A stretch of DNA of 60,643 nucleotides from contig CAYHLC010000002.1 of the NCBI GenBank assembly GCA_964357395.1, forward strand, positions 107,033 through 167,675. Direction: 5' to 3'. Shown in pieces: positions 24,882 through 33,979 of the stretch. The stretch is from an uncultured Candidatus Saccharibacteria bacterium. Its GTDB lineage: Bacteria; Patescibacteriota; Minisyncoccia; Phycocordibacterales; Phycocordibacteraceae. The notes under the pieces were generated by a model. The model saw nothing but the letters and a program-made list of their open reading frames with translations, had not been told where the DNA came from and did no database searches. Positions within the stretch are counted from its first letter, which is position 1. Every line of letters starts with the position of its first letter. A program made the translations under genes and the position numbers.

Positions 24882-25097
24882 CTAGTAATTGCGCTCTCGC
24901 TCGCGCAGTAACTTGAAATACTCGTTCGTTGCATGCTTGGCAAACTTGCCTGTCTCCTCTATTACTGCCAAACTAATGAAGATCAGTGCCGTAATAACCA
25001 TGCCATTAAATATCATATCCGAGAGTTCTGACCCTATTTCAAAACCGAAAAAATCTACCCCCTCAGCCGGTGCCCCTTCTGCTACTCCTGTAAACAT
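24882..25097 (-). CDS. small single-TM protein with basic tail
   Basis: 71 aa with one helix MVITALIFISLAVI. Ends RERERNY. Confidence 0.5.
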   Translation of the reverse strand: MFTGVAEGAPAEGVDFFGFEIGSELSDMIFNGMVITALIFISLAVIEETGKFAKHATNEYFKLLRERERNY

Positions 25098-25171
25098 AGA
25101 AATGTAAAGAATTAGTTAGTAAGGTATCGACCTACTAACCTTACCCAGCTCCCTCCACTTAGGTGACGACC

Positions 25172-26464
25172 CTAGCGGGCGAGCCATTCCGAGTCCTGCC
25201 TTGGGAGGAGCTTCTTAGCGTCTTCTGGACGCGCCATGAGGCGCTTGGTGACACGCTCCATACGGATACTCTGCGAACCCTTGATGAGGACCACATCGCC
25301 TTCCCCTACTATTCCAGCGAGGTGCTCGGCTGCGGCAGAGGACGAATCGAACTGGAGCATACGCTCCTGCGGCATTCCCGCCTTCTCGGCCCCTGCCAAG
25401 ATGCCGCGCGCGCGCACTCCAACGGTGACGAGTAGCTCTGCCGAGGTCGCAGCAAGTGCCCCTGCTTTCTCATGCTCTGCAACTGAGTACGGCCCGAGCT
25501 CGAGCATATCACCGAGTACTGCTACGCGCCGCGCCTTTCGTGGCACTGACTGCAAAGCCTTCAATGCCTCTGCTACTGCAACTGGTGAGGAGTTGTACGA
25601 GTCGTCGATAAGCACTGAATCATTCATCCCCATTACCAAGCGCATACGGCCAGGAGGGGGTAAGTGCATACTGAACGGCCCTGCAGCTTGCGCAAGCGGT
25701 ACGCCAATTGCAAGAGCGGCAGCTATGCCAGCGAGGACTGCATAAATGTGCGCCTCACCTACAACGCCATCGAGGATGATGCGTGTCTTATCACCCTTGT
25801 ACACAACATCAAAGCTGGTGCCGCGCGGCATGCCTTTTGTGACTGTGGTGCGAATGCCACTCGCGCGTAGATCACCACCATGAATACCGTACAACAGTCG
25901 TAGCACTCCATCCGGGAGTGTTGCGGTCCGCACCAGTTCGTCGTCATAATTCCCCACTAGGGTTCCGCCCGGACGGAGCCACCCGACGGGGGCAAGCTCC
26001 TCCTCCTGCACCGCCTGCGGCGAGTCGTAGTACTCGACATGCACCGACACAGCGGGGAAGCGCGTTGCGACGACGACGGTGGGCCGCAGCCATGAGAGAG
26101 AGCGCGTGATATCGCCAGGTCGGTCCGCCCCAACCTCGAGGATCAGCCACTTAGGGTACTGCGCTTTGAGGAAGATGAGGAACAGTCCGTCAACTATGTT
26201 TCGCGCCCAACGAACCGGGTTCGCCCAGCCGTTTGGTACGCCGAGTACGGTCAGTGGTGCACCTATGTCGGAATTAAAACTTTTCTCGCTCTTTCGGACA
26301 AAGTGCGTATCCTTGAGCGCTGTGTACGTAGCATCCTTGGCAGATGTCTTGCCAACGGAGCCCGTAACCAGGATTACTTCCGGCTTGTACTTCCACAAAA
26401 TCAGTTTGGCCTCCCAAACGAGTATGCGGATGACTATTGATCGCAGGAATTCCTTGCTATTCAT
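25172..26464 (-). CDS. murF: UDP-N-acetylmuramoyl-tripeptide--D-alanyl-D-alanine ligase
   Basis: VTGSVGKTS P-loop, Mur ligase middle and C-terminal domains, position after ftsI in the dcw cluster. Confidence 0.9.
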   Translation of the reverse strand: MNSKEFLRSIVIRILVWEAKLILWKYKPEVILVTGSVGKTSAKDATYTALKDTHFVRKSEKSFNSDIGAPLTVLGVPNGWANPVRWARNIVDGLFLIFLKAQYPKWLILEVGADRPGDITRSLSWLRPTVVVATRFPAVSVHVEYYDSPQAVQEEELAPVGWLRPGGTLVGNYDDELVRTATLPDGVLRLLYGIHGGDLRASGIRTTVTKGMPRGTSFDVVYKGDKTRIILDGVVGEAHIYAVLAGIAAALAIGVPLAQAAGPFSMHLPPPGRMRLVMGMNDSVLIDDSYNSSPVAVAEALKALQSVPRKARRVAVLGDMLELGPYSVAEHEKAGALAATSAELLVTVGVRARGILAGAEKAGMPQERMLQFDSSSAAAEHLAGIVGEGDVVLIKGSQSIRMERVTKRLMARPEDAKKLLPRQDSEWLAR

Positions 26465-28187
26465 TGTTCAGAGGACGGTCGGGTGGTACTTGGTAGTAGG
26501 TAGTGAGGAACTTAACGGTACTAATGAACGGGTCTGTCCAGGTCTCGGATGCGTACTTGGCACCAACCGGCTCGACTGCAAAGAAGAAGATGAGGAACCG
26601 TGGCTCATAGGCCGGGAAGTACCCAAAGAACGAGTGCAGGTACCTGTCCGTATAGTACCCGCCGCCGCCAGGCATCGCAATCTGGGCGGTACCGGTCTTT
26701 GCCGCAATACTCATCTCTGGTACTCTCGCCTTGCCCCCCGAGAGAGCAGTATCCACCACAGTCACCAACATGCGCGAGAGCGTTTCGGATGTCTCGGCAC
26801 GTATTGCCGTTCTCGGTGGTGTCCACCCTACCTTCTTGGTAACTCCACCCGGGTAGCGCAACTCAGTACCAACGTGTATACCAGGGACCTCACCGTGATT
26901 CGCAAGTGTCGCAAGCGCTCGCGCCATAGCAACAGGTGTTACCGCAACACCCTGCCCGAATCCGGCAGTAACATACTCAACAATGCGTGGACTTTCGAGG
27001 TTCGAGACCAGGGGCGAGGCCTCGCCAGGGAGGTCGATCCCTGTTTCCTCAGTGATGCCAAAGCGGTCCATGTACTCGCGGAAGGTCTCGGTACCCATCT
27101 TCTGCACCACAAAGCTAATACCAACATTCAGTGATTGCGAGAGTACCTCCTGCACCGACACAACGCCTCGTGCCTTGCCATCGTAGTTAGAGATCTTTTC
27201 AGTATCTATCGTTATCGAACCAGTATCGTTATACTTGGTTGCAGGCGTAATAGCACCAGCGTCGAGCGCTGCTGCGATCGTTATCGGCTTCATGGTGGAT
27301 CCGAATTCATACACACGTTCCGTAAGCGGGTTGGCGAGCGAGTTTGGGTCTGCCCCTTTTACATCATTTGGATCGAAGGTTGGCAAGGATGCCATAGCAA
27401 ACACCGCTCCCGTTTTTGGATCCATAACAATTCCGCCAACTATCTTTGAGTTCCACTTACTGTTGTATGCCCGTAGGGTGTCCTCTAGTTCCGCCTGCAC
27501 CGAGGGTTCAATCGAGGTAACGAGGTCAGCGCCAGGCCCACCATCGTCCGAGAGGATGCGTGTACCCACGTTCGCAAAGAGGTCCGCAAAAAAGTTGATA
27601 GCGAATCCGGATTCCGGACGCGAGAGTGGCGACTGGTAGCTGCGCTCCAATCCGTACTGGCCAGCCTCCGCTGTACCATCTGGGCCATATCCGATCAGAC
27701 CTATTTCGTGCGCCGCCAATGTGCCACCAGGATAGTATCGCCACCGCTCGCGATACGCCTCGACCCCCGAGATATCCGCCTGTCGTACCCTATCACCCTT
27801 CTCCTCGCTGACCTTACGGAGGAGCTCCTCGTACGGGTCGTCGGCTTTTGCCGCCTTGGCCATAAACTCAGCCTCCGGAACGGGTACGATACCTTGGAGC
27901 TTGCTCAGCGCAAGAGTTGCATCCTCAATCTGTTGCGGAATGACCGCAATTGTATATCCGGATTGGAGCGTTGCCGCCGAGATCAGCGTGCCATCCTTCC
28001 GCGTAAAGTATATGGAGCCACGGGAGAGAAGATTGGCACTCGGCCTAATGTGCTGGTTCTCTGCTCGCTGCCGATACTCCTCGCCATGGACTACCTGCAC
28101 GAGGTAGAGACGTGCAATAAGCAAAATTGCCACGCACACAAAGAATGCGGCTATCAACCTAATACGAAATATGAATTTACTGCGCAT
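26457..28187 (-). CDS. ftsI: class B penicillin-binding protein (FtsI-type transpeptidase)
   Basis: N-terminal TM helix, STMKP (SxxK), KTGTAQ (KTG). dcw cluster context. Confidence 0.9.
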   Translation of the reverse strand: MRSKFIFRIRLIAAFFVCVAILLIARLYLVQVVHGEEYRQRAENQHIRPSANLLSRGSIYFTRKDGTLISAATLQSGYTIAVIPQQIEDATLALSKLQGIVPVPEAEFMAKAAKADDPYEELLRKVSEEKGDRVRQADISGVEAYRERWRYYPGGTLAAHEIGLIGYGPDGTAEAGQYGLERSYQSPLSRPESGFAINFFADLFANVGTRILSDDGGPGADLVTSIEPSVQAELEDTLRAYNSKWNSKIVGGIVMDPKTGAVFAMASLPTFDPNDVKGADPNSLANPLTERVYEFGSTMKPITIAAALDAGAITPATKYNDTGSITIDTEKISNYDGKARGVVSVQEVLSQSLNVGISFVVQKMGTETFREYMDRFGITEETGIDLPGEASPLVSNLESPRIVEYVTAGFGQGVAVTPVAMARALATLANHGEVPGIHVGTELRYPGGVTKKVGWTPPRTAIRAETSETLSRMLVTVVDTALSGGKARVPEMSIAAKTGTAQIAMPGGGGYYTDRYLHSFFGYFPAYEPRFLIFFFAVEPVGAKYASETWTDPFISTVKFLTTYYQVPPDRPLNNE

Positions 28188-28539
28188 TCATCGCGTACGT
28201 TTCTCGCGTCACAAAGACGCGATCCTTGGCTGTCACATAGCCCAAGGAACGGGCGTACTCGGGAGTTATAGCACGAGTTTTAGCTAAGTATTCCTGCTCA
28301 AGTTCGGCAACAGCAGCTGTCAGGCTGCGCGAATCCTGCACCGCGCTCTCGCGGGCTGCTACGGAGGAAACCGAGATCCCAATCATAGTGCCGTACATAA
28401 CTATGAGCGCAGCGCCAAAGACACCGAGACTTACGAGGATGTTCCGTTCGCTCTTCCACGGCGTGGCCAAAGTCCGAGCTGTGCTCCCGCGGAATGGGAG
28501 CTGGGTCTGGGCGTAGGAGATGAGTGACTTTTTGCGCAT
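28177..28539 (-). CDS. ftsL: FtsL-like bitopic cell-division protein
   Basis: 120 aa with a single TM helix and a coiled-coil segment, located between rsmH and ftsI. Confidence 0.6.
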   Translation of the reverse strand: MRKKSLISYAQTQLPFRGSTARTLATPWKSERNILVSLGVFGAALIVMYGTMIGISVSSVAARESAVQDSRSLTAAVAELEQEYLAKTRAITPEYARSLGYVTAKDRVFVTRETYAMNAQ

Positions 28540-28557
28540 ACGGGTAGTAGTAAGCTA

Positions 28558-29448
28558 TTAATTTTTCTCAAAGATTCTTAGTTTTGCTGATCGTGCACGA
28601 GGATTGGCAACCGCTTCAGCACGTGTCGGAACTATGGGCTTCTTGGTAATTCGCCTCCCCTCGCCCGCATCCTCTGCGGCGCGGAACATGTCCTTCACGA
28701 TCTTGTCCTCAAGCGAGTGGAAGCTGATGACTGCGAGGCGGCCCTCTGGTGCGAGGAGACGCATCCCCTCCTGTAGTCCCTCCTTCAGTGCCTCCAGTTC
28801 GTCATTAACTGCTATGCGAAGTGCCTGAAAGACTTTGGTAGCGGGATGGATGCGGCCACGACGAAATTTGGCGGGAACAGCCTGCGCCACCACTTCCGCA
28901 AGCTGAGCGGCCTTTGTTATAGGTGTATGCGTGCGAGTCTCGACGATGACACGTGCGATGCGTCCAGAAAAGCGCTCACCGCCGTACTGCTTAAAGAGAG
29001 TTGCGAGCTCGTCCTCGTCCCATCCAGCAATAATGTCGCGTGCGGTTACCTGGTAAGCCTCGGGCTCGTTGCGTGTCATCAGGAGCGGTGCATCTTCCTT
29101 GAACGAGAATCCGCGCCCACTCTCCAACTGTCCTTGATGCCAGCCGAGGTCAAAGATGATGGCGTCAGCCGAGCTAATGCCAATACGCTCTGCATGCTCT
29201 TTGAGGTTACGGAAATTGCCTTGCACAAAGATGACATGCGCGGGCACATCCTTCAGCGCGTCCTTAGCGACTACAATCGAATCCTCGTCAGCATCTACCG
29301 CAACGATGGTGCCTTGCTTGCCGATCTTGTCTGCAATGAGGAGTGCGTGGCCACCCTGCCCCACAGTCCCGTCGATAGCAACATCGCCAGCCTCAAGGTT
29401 GAGACCGTCAACTGATTCCTGCAGTAATACTGAAATGTGTTTGATCAT
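28558..29448 (-). CDS. rsmH: 16S rRNA (cytosine1402-N4)-methyltransferase
   Basis: HISVLLQESV, DGTVGQGGHA, FDLGWHQGQL, SFHSLEDKIVK strings. Confidence 0.95.
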   Translation of the reverse strand: MIKHISVLLQESVDGLNLEAGDVAIDGTVGQGGHALLIADKIGKQGTIVAVDADEDSIVVAKDALKDVPAHVIFVQGNFRNLKEHAERIGISSADAIIFDLGWHQGQLESGRGFSFKEDAPLLMTRNEPEAYQVTARDIIAGWDEDELATLFKQYGGERFSGRIARVIVETRTHTPITKAAQLAEVVAQAVPAKFRRGRIHPATKVFQALRIAVNDELEALKEGLQEGMRLLAPEGRLAVISFHSLEDKIVKDMFRAAEDAGEGRRITKKPIVPTRAEAVANPRARSAKLRIFEKN

Positions 29449-29879
29449 AGTGCACCAATGTCACCGAGCTTCTCTGCCATCGCGTCGCCTTGGAGCTCAA
29501 TATGCTTCTTATACGTATCCCAACGTGACTCGTCCCATACTTCGACCCTATCGCCTACTCCTGCAAAGACGACATGCGTCTTGAGACCTGCAAACTTCTT
29601 GAGAAAGTCCGGAATGAGTATGCGGCCCGAGTTGTCGATCTCTGCCTCGACTGCGCCGGAGAGGAGGAACCGGTTGAAGCCTCGTGAGTCACCGACGCCC
29701 ATCGAGAGCGTGCTCATCTTTTCTGTAATCTTCTTCCACGAGGCACTCGAGAACACGAATAGACAGTGATCGAGGCCACGCGTCATAACGGCACCCTTGC
29801 CAAGTTCCTTGCGGAATTTAGCAGGCAACGAAAGTCGTTTTTTGTCATCGAGTGTGTGCGTGTACTCGCCGATTAGCAT
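29445..29879 (-). CDS. mraZ: transcriptional regulator MraZ
   Basis: MLIGEYTHTLDDKKRLSLPAKFR and a second SpoVT/AbrB-like repeat. Start taken at the second ATG. The ORF-track start is at 29888. Confidence 0.92.
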   Translation of the reverse strand: MLIGEYTHTLDDKKRLSLPAKFRKELGKGAVMTRGLDHCLFVFSSASWKKITEKMSTLSMGVGDSRGFNRFLLSGAVEAEIDNSGRILIPDFLKKFAGLKTHVVFAGVGDRVEVWDESRWDTYKKHIELQGDAMAEKLGDIGAL

Positions 29880-29882
29880 ACC

Positions 29883-29917
29883 TCCCATTGTATCCCACTA
29901 TGTCCCATCATATCCCA
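29883..29917 (-). promoter_or_regulatory. MraZ operator-like array: four TGGGA boxes in 10-bp phase
   Basis: Plus-strand TCCCA at 29883, 29893, 29903 and 29913, immediately upstream of mraZ. Confidence 0.7.
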
Positions 29918-29979
29918 TTCTTATCCACATCGTGTGAAAACACGATGTGCCCCGAGCCTGCCCTGGGGCTATATAGCAA

Positions 29980-30008
29980 AACAGCCCGAGGTCCGACCTC
30001 GGGCTGTT
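29980..30008 (-). terminator. REP-like hairpin acting as the lysS terminator
   Basis: AACAGCCCGAGG-TCCGA-CCTCGGGCTGTT. The minus-strand RNA is followed by UUUUG. Near-identical copy at 50007..50035. Confidence 0.75.
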
Positions 30009-30030
30009 GGTGGCTTATCTCGGCGATTTC

Positions 30031-31491
30031 TTAGTCGCGGGGGCGCATGAGTGGGAAGAGCTGGCCCTCCCGAATCGGAATCCCCATGAGGAACGAGAAG
30101 AGTCGTTCTGAGAAGCCGTGTCCTGCGGTAGGCGGCATTCCATACTCCAGTGCCTCTACGAACTCCATATCGGCCATCTGCGCCTCCTTGTCGCCGGCAT
30201 CACGCAGCTTCTGCTGCGCTTCGAAGCGCTCGCGCTGATCGATAGGGTCGTTCAACTCGCTATAGCCCTGCCCCACCTCCGACCCTGCAATGATGAAGTG
30301 GAATCGTTCTGTCACGCGCGCGTTATCGTGGCGAGTTTTGGCAAGTGGCGAGGTGATTTTTGGCTCGTTGATGAGGATTGCGGGGCCACCAATGTTCTTT
30401 CGGCAGTACTTCCAGAGCGTGTCGATGAGTCGCTCCTTGCCTACCCCCTTCTCATACTGGACGCCGAGCTCCCCTAACTTGTCTTGCATGTCCTTTTCGG
30501 ATGCGTCCCAGATATTGATGCCTGTCTGACGCTCCACCTCTTCGGTAAAGTCGATAGTCGGCCACTCGCCACCAAGATCGATGTCAAATCCGCGGATAGC
30601 AAATTTGAGTGTGCCAAATGTCTCCTCGGCTACGTACTGGTAGCACTTGCGGAGAAACGTATACATATTGACGAAGTCCGAGTACGCCCAATATGCTTCG
30701 CACTGCTCGTAGTCTTGCGCATGCTCGGCAGACATGCCCTCATTGCGAAATATGCGTCCAACCTCAAATGTCTTGGGGAAGCCCGCCACCATCAAGCGCT
30801 TCTGCCACAGCTCGCCAGCGGAGATGCGCAGGTTGACCTCGATATCCAAGGAGTCGTGGTGCGTTACAAACGAGTTAGCATCCGCACCTCCCGTGGTCGT
30901 CTCGAGTACGGGTGTCTGCACCTCCATAAATCCATTATCCTCATGGAAGCGGCGCACCGATCGCCAAAACTTAGAGCGCTTCTCGACAATATCGCGAGTC
31001 TCCTTGTTGAGCAGGAAGTCGAGATACCGCTTGCGGTAGCGCTCGTCCTCGTCCTTGATACCAAACCATGCCTCAGGCACTGGACGGAGGCTCTTGGTGA
31101 GGATGCGCCACTTGGTTGCGAGGAGCGACTTCTCTCCGCGCTGCGTGGTAAAGGCGGCCCCCGTCACCTCGATAAAATCGCTTGCATCTATCGTTTTTTG
31201 AAAAAGATCGAACGTCTCCGCGCCAAGGTCATCCTTCCTAATAACTGCTTGGAACTTGTCAGTGCCGTCATATAGGTCTGCAAACATGATGCCTCCTTGA
31301 CCACGGAGGGACAGGATTCGCCCGGCTATTGTTATAACAATGCCACCCTTCTGAAGATAGTCGAATTGTTCGCGCACCTCATCGAGCTTGTGAGTGCGGA
31401 AGGACTCTGACGGATACGGATCCATGCCCGCCTCCTTCAGGATTGCAATTTTCTTGATCCGCTCATCTCGGATCTCGTCGAGGGCGCCCAT
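30031..31491 (-). CDS. lysS: lysine--tRNA ligase, class II
   Basis: OB-fold N-terminal domain, class II motifs (FRNEGMSAEHAQDYEQCEAY, GMPPTAGHGFSERL). Confidence 0.95.
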   Translation of the reverse strand: MGALDEIRDERIKKIAILKEAGMDPYPSESFRTHKLDEVREQFDYLQKGGIVITIAGRILSLRGQGGIMFADLYDGTDKFQAVIRKDDLGAETFDLFQKTIDASDFIEVTGAAFTTQRGEKSLLATKWRILTKSLRPVPEAWFGIKDEDERYRKRYLDFLLNKETRDIVEKRSKFWRSVRRFHEDNGFMEVQTPVLETTTGGADANSFVTHHDSLDIEVNLRISAGELWQKRLMVAGFPKTFEVGRIFRNEGMSAEHAQDYEQCEAYWAYSDFVNMYTFLRKCYQYVAEETFGTLKFAIRGFDIDLGGEWPTIDFTEEVERQTGINIWDASEKDMQDKLGELGVQYEKGVGKERLIDTLWKYCRKNIGGPAILINEPKITSPLAKTRHDNARVTERFHFIIAGSEVGQGYSELNDPIDQRERFEAQQKLRDAGDKEAQMADMEFVEALEYGMPPTAGHGFSERLFSFLMGIPIREGQLFPLMRPRD

Positions 31492-31495
31492 GACA

Positions 31496-31990
31496 CTATT
31501 CTATCTCAACAATGGTGTACTCCTGTCGCCCGTTTGGGGTAGCGAAGGTGAAGGTCTCGCCCTTCTTCTTGTTCATCAGTGCCTCGCCCATTGGGGAGAG
31601 ATGGCTGATCTTCTTCTCGCGCATATCCGCTTCCTCGGACCCAACAATGCTGTACGTGTGTGCTTCGGGGAAACCTTTCTTTTTGATAGTCACCTTCGAA
31701 CCGAATCCAACAACACCCTTCTTCTTTTCCGTGACAATCGTCGCTGACTTGATGATCCCCTCCAACCTTCGGATGCGCTCCTCAGTTGCAGCCTGCAACT
31801 CACGTGCTGCGTGGTACTCGGCGTTCTCCGAGAGGTCGCCGAGGGAGCGTGCGTACTCCAAGGACTCTGCGATCTCCTTTCGGGATACCGTTATCAGCTG
31901 CTCCAGCTCTGCCTTAAGCTCATCAAACTTTTCTTGCGTTAACAGATTTTCTTCCAAAACTGCCTTCGCGGAGACTTTTTTAGTTACCAT
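31496..31990 (-). CDS. greA: transcription elongation factor GreA
   Basis: LTQEKFDELKAELEQL coiled coil, DLSENAEYHAA, C-terminal FKBP-like domain. Start at MVTKK (31990). The longer ORF overlaps mrdA. Confidence 0.9.
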   Translation of the reverse strand: MVTKKVSAKAVLEENLLTQEKFDELKAELEQLITVSRKEIAESLEYARSLGDLSENAEYHAARELQAATEERIRRLEGIIKSATIVTEKKKGVVGFGSKVTIKKKGFPEAHTYSIVGSEEADMREKKISHLSPMGEALMNKKKGETFTFATPNGRQEYTIVEIE

Positions 31991-31999
31991 CCGAGATAG

Positions 32000-32066
32000 T
32001 ATACCCCGTGAGATAGTTTGTGCAATATTGACGAGGTAACCCGGTACAGTTATCTCATGGGGTATA
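32000..32066. repeat. 67-bp palindromic promoter cassette, copy 1
   Basis: TATACCCCGTGAGATA - 35 nt containing TTGAC - TATCTCATGGGGTATA. Homologous to 51607..51675. Confidence 0.75.
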
Positions 32067-33749
32067 CAGTTCAGGTCTATTCTGCGCAATCCAGCGCATA
32101 AGTTCGCCTCCTACTGCAGGTGCGCCGACCAACGTGCCGGCCTTTGAGCGCTCGAGGATGATAGCGAATGCGAATTTGGGCCTGTCGTACGGGAAGAAGC
32201 CGATAACCAACGAGTTCGAGAATTCCTTTTTCACACCAACTTCGGCAGTGCCAGTCTTGCCAGCGACCTTGAAATCCGGGATCGAGAGCGATTGTGCGGT
32301 GCCCTCAGTCACCGCGAGGCGCATACCCTCGCGCGCCACCGATAGGTATTGATCAGGTATGCCAACTTCCTCGGTCTCTATCGTGCCAAACTTCTCAATC
32401 GTTGGAGTCACCAGCACTCCTCCGTTAGCGAGCGCAGCGGTCGCGCGCACCGCCTGCAGCAGTGTCACCTGCCAGCCGTACTGACCGATAGAGGTGTTGT
32501 ACGTATCGCCGACACGCCAAATACTTTCATCAAAATGCTCCGCCTTCCACGCAGGAGACGGCACCGTGCCCTTTGGCTCATCTGAATCAGGAAAGCCGGT
32601 GTTAGTTCCGAAGCCGAAACGCGCAGCATATTTGTCGATTGCTGCAACACCAAGACCTCGCTGCGACTCAAAGCCGCCTCCTACGATATAAAAATAGACG
32701 TCGGAGGACACGGCAATGGCGCGCCGCATGTCTACGGCGCCGTGCGCGCGCCAGTCTTTAAAGATCGAGGGCTTTGATGGATCAAACGGGTTAGGCAGTA
32801 CCAGCTGACCCGTCGAGACGAATGTACTCTGAGGCGTCACCACACCCTCATTCAGTGCTGCTGCAGCGAGGAAGGGCTTGACTATGGAGCCGGGGGTATA
32901 GAGACCCGCCACTGCTCTATCCAAAAATGGTGAGCGTGTATCGGTGATATACGACTGCACTTCGGAGGCGGGCACACCCGAGGACATAACAGACGGGTGG
33001 AAGGACGGGTAGCTCACCAAGGCATACAGCTCCCCAGTGGTGATGTCCATAACGGCGCCCGCTCCACCAACAAATGCGGTGTCTGCCCGAGTCTTGATAA
33101 ACGAATACAGCGCTTCCTGCAATCCCGCGTCTATCGAGAGCTCAACATTACCTCCCGCTTCGGCTGCGCGCACTACAGAGCCAGAGACACTCTCCCCCGT
33201 GGCATCCGTCTCTGCAATCTCGATCCCGTTTATACCTTTCAGTTTTTGGTCAAATTGTTGTTCAGCACCTGCTACACCGATAGTCTCCTCCTGGTACCAA
33301 AATCCATTTTGGTCGCGCTTCGGATACGAGACGTACCCCACGAGCTGCGCCGCAGCCTCCTCGAGGGGATACACGCGCCGCACCTCAGCCTCCGGAGTGG
33401 TAGTACCGACCTGCTCATTTCCTGCAAGGGTCTGCCCCGCGCGATCGAGGATGAGTCCACGCTCCGCGATCAGCGTATCGTGTCGAAGTCTGTTTTCCTC
33501 CGACCAAGACACGAAATAATCGTGTTTACCAATATCGAGCCATGCGGTCTGACCTAGGAAAATGAAACCGATCAGTCCACCTGCTGCGAGGAGCCCTCGA
33601 AATGCGTGTACGGAGAGTGGTCGCTCGAGGGTCCCCTGCATCGAAGCGCGGTCGAAATCGGGCAAATTCTGTGCGTCAATAAATATCTCGTCTGGCTCGA
33701 GTGCGCCGTACCGCTTCTTCTGCAAAAGTAGATTCAGTGGGTTCCTCAT
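32055..33749 (-). CDS. mrdA: class B penicillin-binding protein 2 (elongasome transpeptidase)
   Basis: GSIVKPF (SxxK), KTGTAE. ATGA overlap with the mreD-like gene at 33746..33749. The longer ORF-track start is rejected. Confidence 0.88.
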   Translation of the reverse strand: MRNPLNLLLQKKRYGALEPDEIFIDAQNLPDFDRASMQGTLERPLSVHAFRGLLAAGGLIGFIFLGQTAWLDIGKHDYFVSWSEENRLRHDTLIAERGLILDRAGQTLAGNEQVGTTTPEAEVRRVYPLEEAAAQLVGYVSYPKRDQNGFWYQEETIGVAGAEQQFDQKLKGINGIEIAETDATGESVSGSVVRAAEAGGNVELSIDAGLQEALYSFIKTRADTAFVGGAGAVMDITTGELYALVSYPSFHPSVMSSGVPASEVQSYITDTRSPFLDRAVAGLYTPGSIVKPFLAAAALNEGVVTPQSTFVSTGQLVLPNPFDPSKPSIFKDWRAHGAVDMRRAIAVSSDVYFYIVGGGFESQRGLGVAAIDKYAARFGFGTNTGFPDSDEPKGTVPSPAWKAEHFDESIWRVGDTYNTSIGQYGWQVTLLQAVRATAALANGGVLVTPTIEKFGTIETEEVGIPDQYLSVAREGMRLAVTEGTAQSLSIPDFKVAGKTGTAEVGVKKEFSNSLVIGFFPYDRPKFAFAIILERSKAGTLVGAPAVGGELMRWIAQNRPELYTP

Positions 33750-33979
33750 AGGAGTGCGCGGTGCTTCAGGACTTCTGCCGCAATGGCTCCCAGCCCAAAC
33801 ACTATCGTGTATAACGGGTGCACACTTCCGAACGTAACATCCATGAGCGCACCGCCAAGGATCAGGACTGCGAGCGAGTAGCGTAGTGGCGCTATGAGTG
33901 GTACGAGTAGTGCCGTTATGTACCACGGGGCGAGGATTGCCGATGCCAGGAATGTGAGCGAGGCGAGTAGTAACATCAT
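33746..33979 (-). CDS. mreD: short MreD-position membrane protein
   Basis: 77 aa with 2-3 TM helices, sitting between mreC and mrdA with 4-nt overlaps. Shorter than typical MreD. Confidence 0.5.
   Translation of the reverse strand: MMLLLASLTFLASAILAPWYITALLVPLIAPLRYSLAVLILGGALMDVTFGSVHPLYTIVFGLGAIAAEVLKHRALL

Noticed and set aside
26079-27134. Long antisense ORFs opposite real genes. Examples: 26079..27134 (351 aa), 15448..16296 (282 aa), 30484..31275 (263 aa), 8489..9070, 42709..43341, 45245..45925, 16490..17062.
   Set aside because: Each lies fully inside a confidently identified gene on the other strand. They have Arg/Ser/Pro-rich low-information translations typical of GC-rich shadow frames.
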